Positions 27,007 through 38,800 of a stretch of DNA of 64,000 bases are shown here, in pieces. The notes under the pieces are model-generated. The model had not been told where the DNA came from and made no database searches. It worked only from the letters and a program-made list of their open reading frames with translations. This stretch comes from Botryllus schlosseri. Its lineage: Eukaryota. The position numbers and the translations under genes are program-made. Each line of letters opens with the position of its first letter. Position 1 is the stretch's first letter. The stretch covers positions 28,088,001 through 28,152,000 of the forward strand of contig CM119372.1 of assembly GCA_051294905.1 (NCBI GenBank). Direction: 5' to 3'.

Positions 27007-27280
27007 GTTTGTTTGTTTGTGGTATTCATGGTGCTTGTCGACTACATTGGGCATTTACACCAGGCCGACTTTCATTTGATTCCGTAATCCCGACTTGAAA
27101 TACGGCCCACTGCTAGGCTTTTATAAGATACCACCCACACGGATTATATGGCGAGGAGGAGCCTAGATAAACCTCCAACACTTGGGTAGGAATTCTGGAG
27201 TAGACCTTGGTCTGACTCGAACCCTCAACCCATTGGTGTTGCAGCTGTGAATTATTACACCACTACGCTATAGTTACGCC
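27007..27280 (-). mobile_element. Second tRNA-derived SINE family with (AAAC)n tail; 3' fragment also at ~28601-28755
   Basis: A box TAGCGTAGTGG, B box GGTTCGAGTC, tail acaaacaaacaaac. Confidence 0.72.
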
Positions 27281-29202
27281 AGTTAGCAATCATTTCATCT
27301 AGAGCGGTGGCCGCTTTCATCTTGCGGGCCGGGAGAAGCGAGTGGCGCAGTGTGCGGAGCGACACCGTCACGACACCAATGGTTGTTGGTACGAGTCTCG
27401 GATCTGCCATGTTTCTATGTGTCGAGGGTTTATCTGGGCTCCGCATCGTCGACCTCACTGCAATTGCAGCGACTCAAAAAAGCTCAAATATTACCCTGGA
27501 CTGCTCTACAAGTCGGCAGAAAAGATCCGATGAAGGGCGCATGAAAGACAAAGGGACTGATTGGAAGAGAGAGTGATAGAAAAAAGGAAGTCATGGAAAA
27601 ATGCATAGAACTGTTTCAAAAATGTCATGTCGTGGAGCACAACGACTAATAAGGCTATAAGCACCATTGTTAAATTTGATAATAATATATTGCACACCGT
27701 TCAGATTTCAAAACAAATTTTGCAGACAGGAAACTTGTAAATCAAGCCAGAATGTAATTACGAAAAAAGAATGCAACTGAAAACTCAGAAAGGAAATTTA
27801 ATTCAATGATCAATTTTGCGCTGTTAGTTCGATATTACACGTGATATGTGTGTTTCTATTGAGGTTTCTGCGAGCCAACGTCTTGTTAATTAGTGTGGTA
27901 TTCGCACAGGGTAACCAATAACCATATCTGAAAATGTCCGATCCCACCTGTAGCAATTTGCAACTTTAGAATATTACCGACGTATACTGCTGCAATCGAT
28001 ATTTCACGGAGGAAACATTGAAGTCGAATACCGACTTGGATTTGAAGTTTAGAGACGATACAGGAATTGAAATTGAAAATACAAAAGTCGCGGCGGAGCT
28101 ACAATTAATTGCCATTGTATGCAATGACGAAGCAGAACCGCTTACGCAATAACACGAACGTGACTGCGACGTGATTCTATAGGCAGACAGTATGTCGTTG
28201 GCTTCGTGTCAAGTACGAGGAAACATTTAGAAATGACAGATTGATTTATATTGATCGACACTAATGCCAAATAATCGAACTGGGGAACGATATTTGACAA
28301 TCGTTATCCGCATTCCAATTTGTTAAATGGTAGTTGTCACTTCTGTCTGCTAAACTATTGCTTCGACTGTGAGATTTTCCGACGTTGACTTCAAAATCAT
28401 TCGGCGATGTTTATCGGAATTGCAAACCTCCATAGCACCAACCTTCCTGGACAGATCAGTTGTAAAAGGATGAATACACGAACAAAGAAAAATGCCGTAA
28501 TTGTGCTGGCTGCTGACAAACCTCAGTGTATCCTGATCAAATCCATGAATACGCATCATATACATTGCTATGCTTTCTCTTAACTGCATTCCTGTCGCAC
28601 ATTTTTTTTTGAGGGGGTATTCATGGTGTTTGTCGACTACTATGGTCATTTATACCAAGCCGATATTCTTCTTATTTTCCATAACTGCCGACTTATAGCA
28701 CGGCCCACCTCTAGGCTTTTTGTAAGACACCGCTGACGCGGATGAGGTGGCGAGAAACCTGTCGCACATGCTTAAAACTCTAAATCAGGGGTGACTAACC
28801 TGCGGCCGTAGAAGGTGATCGAGACGGACTTTCAGGATCCCCTGGCCACTCACTGGCCATTGATTTTCTCGTGGCCGACCACAGATATTCCGTTACCGGC
28901 CATGAAAAGTGCTACATTGAAAGGGTAAGGGGTGGGATCAATACGATCAATCAAGAGATGCGCGCCTTTGAAGTCGCTACAACAGCAGCAAAAAATCAAT
29001 AAAATGAAGGCGGTGAAATTAGCTTATAAAATCAAGGGTAGAAACCTGAATTAAATCGCACTGATTTCAATGAGTCTGATTTAAACCAGAACCCTAGCAG
29101 CGGCACGCTAGAGTGTTGCCACAAATTCAAAGGTGTGCCTCAAGTCTTTCTTAGATGTTGACAAACACTGTATAATATTGAAGATGAGGCATGTTGACGA
29201 GC

Positions 29203-29739
29203 CAGGGTCGCAACAAAGTCACAACGTTCCAGGTCACTAGTCAATCCCACTTTTATAGTTTTGACTCGAGTCAAGTCGAGTCATTTTCAATTCACCGCAG
29301 AGTCAAGTCCGAGTCCGAGTCAGTGAGTAGAGGGTCGGGTTCGAGTCCTATTCATTGTGTTCACTGTTCAGTTTTGTGTTCAATCTTGTTCAACCCACTT
29401 TTTTCAACTCTGGTCGACCGATATAGAATGGCATTCATAATATCGCAATTTTTCTCAGTCCTAACAGTTTCTGGCCCCATTTGCCAGGTATCAGGACTGA
29501 TAGACGAAATATCCACAATTAGGTGACTTTTCTATTCTTCGAAGTTATCGAAATGTCTGTCTTGGCCGCCCTAGTCTCGAGTCATATGACTTGTTCGAGT
29601 CATGCACTATGACTCGAGTGCAAGTCGAGTCAATGCACAAATTGACTCGAGTCGAGTCGAGTCATTATACGCATTACAAAAAAGTGACTCGAGTCAAGTC
29701 GAGTCACCAAAAAATCGTAACTCGAGTCATTACAACCCG
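29203..29739 (+). mobile_element. (GACTCGAGTC)n-rich hAT MITE
   Basis: Homologous to 13799-14365; TSD tgacgagc/agacgagc; partial relative at about 1800-1975. Confidence 0.82.
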
Positions 29740-30432
29740 AGACGAGCCGATACAACTAAAAAGCGGTGTAACATCTTTAATAGGTCGATAAATAATCCCA
29801 TGGGACCATGTCAATGAGACCAATCATAACATTGCCGTGGTCCACATCACAATTTTGCCGCTGTGTCTTGATAAATTTTTTCGTTTAGATCCAAACCAAC
29901 TCACAAACTAGAAATCATACCTCAAATCATGATCACATCGTTTTGAATTCAACAGACACTTTAACAATACTTCTCAGAATTTGCTGTAAACATTCGTCGG
30001 TACTCAATCCGCTTGGGAGCCATAAATCAAGCAATCGTTTGAGAGAAGAAGAACAGGTCACTGATTTACGCAACGCCCCGCTTTTTTAAAACGTTGTTTT
30101 CACGAAATGTTTTGGATGTCTCTGTCCAAATCCAATTCCTTGATAAGTGATATCAATATGTTAACGTCATCTGTACCTTAGTGGGAATGTGAGCATGTTT
30201 TTTTTCGTTTTGACTGAAATGAAAAATCGTAACCGAGGGACATGTGTTTCCAAACAATTAAACACCGTTTCACACGAATATAAGTGTGTTAAAAAAACGC
30301 ACATAGCCAAAAGGGATGGTGTGAACCGCTGAAAGGTTCAGGTTCGTGTGAACGCGAACCTTTTTGAAAGGTTCTGTGTGAACGCGAACTTGAACCTATA
30401 ACGTCACGGGACGTTATATTGCTAGTTCTAAC

Positions 30433-30890
30433 TAGAGGTCGACCGATATTGATTTTTCCAGGTCGATACCGATACCGATATATCGATACACTCACAAGGC
30501 CGATAACCGATATCATAGGCCGATATTAATATGGAAGGAGCAGAGAACCATTTCACCAAAAATATCATATATTAGGCAAGATGGCACTTATTGTTCATTC
30601 CACAAAAAGCTGAACAAGAAACGAGAAATCTGAAATTGATAAGAATTATTGCTTAATTGTGCACATTCGTTGAAATTTGGGATATACCAAAAAGCAAAAC
30701 ATGATACAGATTTGCAGATCAGTCCAGAAAAGGTAGATTGCAATGCAGGAAGCATAGTTTCTCTGCATGCTCACCCAGTTAAACTCGTCCTGCATGGGTA
30801 AATCTATCATATATGGCCCTTTGCGTCGTCGATTTCTTGAGATTGAGAACACGGAGCATTGAATTTCCAATGTTTTTCGGTCGACCTCTA
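30433..30890 (-). mobile_element. hAT MITE, TAGAGGTCGACCGA TIR
   Basis: Perfect 14-bp TIR, perfect TSD gttctaac; GEHAEKLCFLHCNLP transposase-end remnant. Confidence 0.88.
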
Positions 30891-31225
30891 GTTCTAACCC
30901 CACATTTCAGTGAAGTGATATATGTCCACGATACCTAGCAACGATTCAGGCCATAATATGCTGAAGTACATACATGCTGACTTTTTAAACGTCTCCAAAT
31001 GTTTCTGGTCTCCAAATCAACTGGGTCAATCAAAAGATATAATAATCCCATAAAATCAATATCTTCCGTCGCTTTCCCAACAATGTCGACGAGGACTCGC
31101 AAGGGACTTTAAGCTTACGCCTTATCGGTCTAGGCCAGACCAGAAAATTGCTACATTCATCGTGAGCAGAGTGTAAAGCAGGTTTCTATACTTGTTACCT
31201 ATATTACCCCAGTAACAAGTTATAC

Positions 31226-32395
31226 CATAGGAGTGGGCAAACTTTTGAGCTCGTGGACCGCATTCAACATATGAATCCATTCGCGGGCCACACCATATAA
31301 AATTGGGATTATAAACCAAAACACAATATTGGTATTTGATTATATAGTGAGGACATTGAGATGATATATATGCTTATTTAAAACAAACCAAACATTGCTT
31401 TGATGATATCGTATACGCGTCAGAAACAGGGGCGAGATTTCATAGGCTAATCGACCTCAATAACCAATTTGTCAAACCTATAGAGATGAAAGTCGGTTGT
31501 CCCGATTCTTAGAACAGGATTGAAATTTAAAGCTGTGAGCAGCGATCTGTTCATAGATTTACTAATTCCACTTTCGGTTCAGTTACAGGACACCCAATGC
31601 TGACAGCATCATAACCCTGTTATCTTCAAACACGCTTTTACTGTGTGTAGCTAAAATATAAATACCCTATTTCTACGCATACATAGAACTAATCTACCTA
31701 AGACACGCGCGAATCGTGTTTTATAAGCACATCACTGAAATAAAATAAAACTGGAGTGGCCAATCTGAAATCACACTCGTGATCCGAATTATGTCAATCT
31801 CGTTCAGGATTATTGTGATGTTTAGCAGTTGAAACATTTGAAACTGCGTAGGCCTTGTTGAAATCGGGCTGTCGCGCCATAAATTAAACATAAAAAATAC
31901 GAAAATATTTACCTTAGAACAGCGGTTCTCAAACTTTTTAAGACACCCCCCACTCTTATGATGGTGAAAGATCTCGCGCCATCCTTACCGTCATATCACA
32001 AAACGAAACAAGGATGCTAGCAAACCGAATGGATAGTTCGATGGCATGGAAGGTTACGACTGTGGATGAGAGATTTCTAAATATGAAATTCAGCCTAAAT
32101 ACAGAGCAATAACTATGAATTGGATGTAAATCGCGCGGAGAGCGAAAAAAATTTCAGTTGAGCTCAGCTTCGCGCTCCCCTTCAGATGCTTTCACGCCCC
32201 CAGTTTGAGAACCACTGCCTTAGAATTATCATGGTGAAATATACTAAGAAAAATATTAATCAAGTCCCTTCATTAATCCGATTTTTAGTACTATTTCATC
32301 AATATTGTTGATACGTTTCTTCAGACTCTCGTGGGCCGCACAGAACGAAGTTGCGGGCCGCATGCGGCCCGCGGGCAGTAGTTTGCCCACTCCTG
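31226..32395. mobile_element. hAT (Charlie/Buster-like) element with nested MITE 31920-32217
   Basis: aggagtgggcaaac / gtttgcccactcctg TIRs; nested MITE has perfect TSD ccttagaa. Confidence 0.82.
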
Positions 32396-32958
32396 AGATA
32401 TACAGTGGGCAACATCCCAATCGCATGGATTTGGTTTTACGATACAATAAACATACCAATTCAAGAAGGATCCCGTACGCCTGCTAGATTTTTACAGCAT
32501 TGTATTCTTTATATCAATTTCATTGATTGGTTGAATGAGCATCATTCGCTGACTACCTACATGTAGCGTATTTCGCTCTTGATGATGTGTGATTGCAAGT
32601 CAAGCTCCCAGCAGAGAGTCATTAAATATTCACAAAAGAAAACTGGATATCTCGAGAAGACTTTTGAATCAAAGCATGTAAACGACTTGAGATTGCCATG
32701 GTGTATGCTCGTTCAGTGTTGATTTTTCATGCTGCTGGTGCAGTGAATAGAGTGGCCCGAACGTGAAATGCAAGGAATTTCAACCAAAGATGTTATAATG
32801 ACGTGCGAATTGTATATTATTGTATCTATAATTGGACATGAAGAAGGTTCACAGTGCAGAACATAACTTTGTGGTCAAACATGTTTCTTTGTCTTCATAG
32901 GTTGTCTCTTTTTTATGCTATTTACCTTTTTGTTTCATTCGTGAGTATCTGTATATAT

Positions 32959-32981
32959 TCTCTCTCTCTCTCTCTCTCTCT
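32959..32981. repeat. (CT)n microsatellite
   Basis: Direct observation. Confidence 0.9.
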
Positions 32982-33011
32982 TCTTCAGTTTCTCTCTGTC
33001 TTTATCTATAT

Positions 33012-35261
33012 CAGTGGTTCTTAACCTTTTTTCCTCCAGCGCCTCCTTTCAAAAATTATCGTGCTACAGCGCCCCCCACCTCATATTGTATGGACTGTAA
33101 TAAAGACAATGGGAGAGGAGGAGGGCCGTAACAACACTTCGTCAGCCCTCCTAAAAAACGATTGTCTTGGGCACCCATAGCGTGATAAACCCAACTCGTG
33201 AGGGCTTCGCCTCAAAGAACCCGGTCGCGTGATTTCGATGGTCAGCAAAGTTTATGTGGCCTGGTCACCGTAGGAGCTGAATTTTTTCATGATGCATGAA
33301 TGAAATAGGTTGTAATTGCATATATAAGTCACTATAAACTTTTTATCTTCTCAGCTCACACAGTCAGATTTGCCAGTAGCGCTGAGTGAGCTGTTGTATT
33401 GGAAAATGAAGGCTACGTAATTAATAATTTAACATATTCGGGCGTGCCCGTTGGTACAATTAAATCGTTACATGTTATTTTGTTACCTCGTGTCCGCTAT
33501 ATAGTCAAAAGATATTGAAACATATAAACGTATTAAACTAAAGTAAGCACATTTTCAAAATTGGTATTTCGTCACTGGCAAATGATTTTTGTGATGGATG
33601 TTATTTGTCCTGTGGGGTGCAAATTGCGACGTCATGATAATTCGGCACGAGCGATTTAATCACCTACGGACGGTTAGAATTATATACATCGGAGTTTACG
33701 CTCAACATAATGGCAATCCTCTTCGGCTGAAGTTTTCTCGCTGACCATCTTTTTGACACACTTCTCGGAGTGCCATATTCATCGGAACTTCATATCTCTT
33801 CGTGCATTGTGGCGTGGTAATGGCCGACGCTGAAATGCCTATTTCTATTTTCTATGATTATGCGTATTCTTCCGTGGGGAAGTCGTCATAACATGATGTT
33901 TAATTTATGTTCATTCACCGAACTAACTTAGGGCACCCTTCGAGCTAACCGATTGGGGGTTTGGGTTTAACGCAGTTTCGGTCTTGATAAGAGGTCAAAG
34001 TTCAGTCGGTATTTTTGGGACTTTGGTATTGGAAATATTCAATCGCGCTCGAGGACCATTCGACTATATTAAACCATATATTAATAGTGTGTGGTATATT
34101 CAGGGTCAAATCAAGGTTGTTATAACAACAATCGGGTACGGTTTCATACCCTGTGGTTCGGACCCTCCCGAATTCACATCGGCGATTGGCAATGCGGAGA
34201 AATTAATGGTATTGGATTTTCTCTTAGTGCTTTGTGTAACTATAAGTAAGTCAACTGAGAATGGGATGCATATATCTGCTCACATTGAATTTAGTACTGT
34301 ACCCAGTTATTTATTTCATCATGAATGTATTCCAAACAGAGAAACTCATATTATATAACGTTCATGTGAGGTTGTGAACCACAGCACGAGATAGTATCAT
34401 TCATCCTTTATGATACGACGAAGAAATATTCTAACGATTTAATTTTGTAGCTCTCAAATACAAGTATATTTAGTTATTCAGTTCGTGCACAAAGCTTCAA
34501 AACTTATTTTATGTACAAGGGGCTCTCAACCGCAATCAAAAGTGATATACAGTGCCCCCTTCTTCGATTTTCACACGCTGTGCGCCGCGTGATATAATAC
34601 CTAATTCGAAACATTTTGTTGAAGATAACCCTAGCAAGCGTGACGGCAGTGTTTTAAATAACGGGAAATTGGCGTTCTAAAAGTACGCGCAATTCGTTTT
34701 ATATGAATTATAATACCACACTACATTTATGAAAACATATGTAGCAAACATCGTCGCCTAACCGAGCGAGATAGTGTAATGGTTATGCGTCCGGCTTCTC
34801 GAGCGGTAGGTCGTGGGTTCGATCCCCGGCCGGGTCATACCAGAGACTCGAAAATTGGTATCCGCAGCTATCCTGCTATGCGCTCAGCAATCACGGATAG
34901 CATGGAGGAGAAAAAAAACGGGGGCGCAGACTAGATGACCTCATGGGGCCGTATCGCAACTCCGTCGTCAAAGCATCTCGATGGTGCAGGCGAAAAAGAA
35001 TATCATATCTCTCTCTCTCTCTCTCCCTAGCGCGACCAAAAATTTCGGGATTTGACATGGTTTGTTGAATGTTCGTGTGGAATACTCGTTAAGGATATGT
35101 CCTACTACCACATCATCTACTGCGAAGCGATATTTCATCAGCGCCCCCCTTATCTCCCCCCTGAGCCCAGCGCCCCCCATATCGCCCCCTGAGCGTTTCC
35201 GCCCCCTTCAAAATCGCCAGCGCCCCTTGGGGGGCGCTGGAGTCTAGGTTAAGAACCACTA
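33012..35261. mobile_element. hAT (Charlie/Buster-like) composite element containing a SINE and an inner MITE
   Basis: cagtggttcttaacc / ggttaagaaccact TIRs; perfect TSD atctatat; gcgcccc subterminal repeats. Confidence 0.88.
34761..34970 (+). mobile_element. tRNA-derived SINE (MetaSINE-like central domain)
   Basis: A box TAGTGTAATGG, B box GGTTCGATCCC, then gggtcataccagagact..aaaattggtatcc..tcctgct..gcgctcagca. Confidence 0.8.
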
Positions 35262-35484
35262 ATCTATATTAACTGAGTTTATTAATTCACCTACCTTTCG
35301 CATATATGATACTTAAAATGTCACTGTATTATACTGGGATATCAATTCTACGGTGCATATTTCTTGCGTTATTACAACGGACTTTGCTAGAGTATATATT
35401 CGTGAAAATAAGGTGATTGCAATACGTAGGCTATTACTAATAAGTGCAGTGTGGATCGTATTCATACATACAGGACGTTGCAGG

Positions 35485-35885
35485 CTATATAACCATCGCA
35501 GTGTTCTTAATAACTCCTCGCTTTGCTAAGCGCGCCGCCATAGTAGCCCGTTTCAACCAAGGTGTTTTCACGAAAGTGCCTGTCAGAGTGAGGCACTTGA
35601 TGGCGTTGTCCCTGGACGATGTTCCTCTGTAGGATTCGAACCGGGATAGGGTGTTTTCCACGTGGTTGTCGGAATCTCCCCAGTAACAATACGGCTTCGG
35701 GTATTCCCTGACGCTGTCTATCGACAGCGGAATGCCTTTGACCTTTTCGCCGTTTATCATCACTGATTCGGAAGTTTGTTGAAGAGGTACTAGTCGGCTT
35801 TTGAGTTTTCGGTCAGTCTTCGTTGCTATGGTTACGGAGTCGATATTGGTTCTTGATATGATTGGGAACTCCTCCCTTTTACCTC
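35485..35885 (-). CDS. ANKUB1: ANKUB1-like terminal exon 6
   Basis: Phase-1 aattcag acceptor; ..YPKPYCYW..GTSSRDNAIKCLTLTGTFVKTPWLKRATMAARLAK.. resembles the ANKUB1 C-terminus; TAG stop. Confidence 0.85.
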
Positions 35886-38800
35886 CTGAATTGGAATTTT
35901 ATCATTGGTTTAGTCAGAGTAGACATGAACTCTGTTCAGTGAAGAGTATTCTTATTAGCGGCATCACATTGGAGTGTTAATCTCGGAATCATCGGATTAC
36001 AGTTGACTGTAATTTTGAAATTGAGGGATTGCTCAAGTTTAACTGCAGCAAGCGCAACATGAGCGCATGTCGCGACCATATCAGTAGAAACTCGCTTTCT
36101 ACCAAATACCCTATGATTTGAATTCGAAATCGATGCGCTCGTTACCAGTCGGTCCGGTGTCGATCAAGTTAACTGGAATATAGAAAGTTTTCTTTCAAAA
36201 GAATTATGTAGGCCTACCACTGATAATCTGATGTGCAGTGCAACACGTCAATAACGAAATAAACAATACACGCTCATTGTGTAACAATTCAGGAATGCGA
36301 CTGTTTCAAGCAGACAAAAATAAATGCACAAAACAGACCATTACATAAGGGAAATCGCGCATTCAATCACTAAATCCTCTCTATTATACCCAGCACCATG
36401 TCCATGGGGTTCGGGCATCGAATTGACTAGCTCCATCGCGAAAATTGTTCACGGACTATAACGGCGTTCTGGGATGCGTTTCTCAATTTACGTTGGCAGA
36501 TCCTTACAACAATTTGGGATCATGCGCACGATTGAATTCCAATTCGCAGGCACACACAATAACACACTGTTGAATTTCGCCGTATGATTAAAAAGCTATC
36601 ACCAAAGAACGGGCATTCGCTCGCCTAATTCAGAGGTGGCCGGCATACGATATCTCTGAGTGCGCGCCTTCAAATCGATATGTACACGTGCAGCAAGGTC
36701 ACGTTTATCCTCTGGCGTCGCTTCATTTAATTCAGTGTTTCTCTAAATTTTCACTATCGCGTACCACTATTTTTTTTATTACACGGCGTACCACTAACTT
36801 GTTTTTCACTACAGGTCGTACCACCTGAATTACTTATTTCACCTGACTATACCGGTGTTTGTTGGTTATTCCTGTTAGTAGGCTACTATACCGCAACACC
36901 AATGGATAGCAGGAAAGCGCAATTTATCGAGATAATTGCAACTCTGTTTCTTATGCGGACGCTAGCGATTCATTCTGAGGTGCGACATTACTCACAGGAC
37001 TCTTCGCGTACCACCTAAGAAACTCTCCTGTACCACTGTGGCACGCGTATCGGCTCACAAAGCACCAATTCCATTTTGTGAAATACATTGTGACCAATAT
37101 TTTTCGAACCGCTCTATTGGCCACCAGTGTTGTGCTGATGACGAAATTACGGGTATGATGAATAACCACGTCTCAGAATACAGTAATGCACGGCATATCT
37201 CGCATACCCAGGTTTGGCGCGTTATGTAGCCAATGAACAATTTGAACATGCTTAGTTAACAAAGGGTGGCGCCAACGAGGCAGCAATTCTTAATTTTTTT
37301 GAACGATTACCGTAAAACTTTGTGAATTCAGCCCAAAGTATTAGCATAGCATCTTATAAAATACCTCGGAGCCGGAGATACTTTTAAAACTACCGGCTCC
37401 AGCTCCGGCTCCGGCTCCATCAGAATTTTACTTATAGAGCTCTGGCTCCAGCTCCGGCTTCGCTGAAAATACACGGCTCTGGGCTCCGGCTCCTTGCTCC
37501 GGATCCAAAGCCCTGCCAGGAGCCCAGGAGCTCAAAGTGCCTGTCTCCTGAATGAGTGCGTATTGTACACACGTATTTATATAGTATATGCGCCATCACT
37601 TCAAAATTTATATTTAATTAATTCTCTAGTAAGCAGGAATTCAGACACGGATTACAGTTTTGAGCTCATGTTCAAATTGTGATATCGTTTCAAATCATAT
37701 CCCTATTGAATTCCTTGCTCAATAATGACTCAAATTAATTAAAACGTTGCACACGAAACTTCAAAATTGTCAAGCATTTCATATCCAATTTTATATCTAA
37801 TTTAATGCCCAGTTAATCTGAATCTAATCGATATCCCTTTTTCTCAAGTCTCAATTTATACCCGTCCTTGGCCTACTACGCCTGATTGTCTACATAGCGT
37901 ATGTACCAGAACTGAGCATGGATTGGGATTTAAAAATAACGGATTCGAATTTTGTGACATGACTTGGATTCACGACACTACAGTCAAAACTATTTTTCCT
38001 TCTAATTTGGACATGAAACTTCCTAATATTTGACGATTTTACTGCGAGATGACTTTGATATAAAACTTGAGCCATAACGGGATGTGGATATCGACTCGAT
38101 GTAAACTCAAAACCAGCAGGGTATTTAGATTCACAAAATCCGCTCATGTATAGGTTAATAAACCGCTGCGTATAACCGTGTCTGAGTTGCGTACGGGAGT
38201 GATCGGTTAAACCAGTGGTTCTCAACCGGCGGTCCCCGGACCGGTGCCGGTCCGCGACGACTTTCCTGCCGGTCCGCCAGGTATATTTCTTGATTCAATA
38301 TGTTGAAGGCTTGTCAATTGATAAAATAAGTAAAGTATCAAATTTTAAACTATAATTCAGAACTTCGTGATGTAGCATTAGGTCTTGAAACATGTTCCAT
38401 TTGACTTGAAGTTCAAGCCATGTCATTTGACGACATGCAAGCCAGGGATATCTAGACACAGGAAGTCTAGATATCCATGTGCAAGCGAAAAAGCGACCAG
38501 CACAAGCTGATTCAGTAAGCCGCGCAGTTTGTGCGATCATTCGTTTTCAATTAATTGATTTTGTGCAGGACCGTAACTGTCGCACCCCAAGCGCCCCAAT
38601 TAGAGCGGGCCGAGCTTGAAGGGGTCAAAAATTACTTCGCGAATGAACATATATTATAGAGTAATTTTTAAACTTCATAGCACTTTTTGTTTAAATTTTT
38701 GCGCGCTTTGCGCGATTTACTATCATAATATGTCTTCATAATCGGGTTCCCTTCCCCTAAGAAATACGCATGATTTTTAGAAATAGGCAGTTGGGCGTCA

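Noticed and set aside
34761..34835. Functional tRNA gene
   Set aside because: No clean acceptor stem or terminator; continues into a SINE body with diverged copies elsewhere
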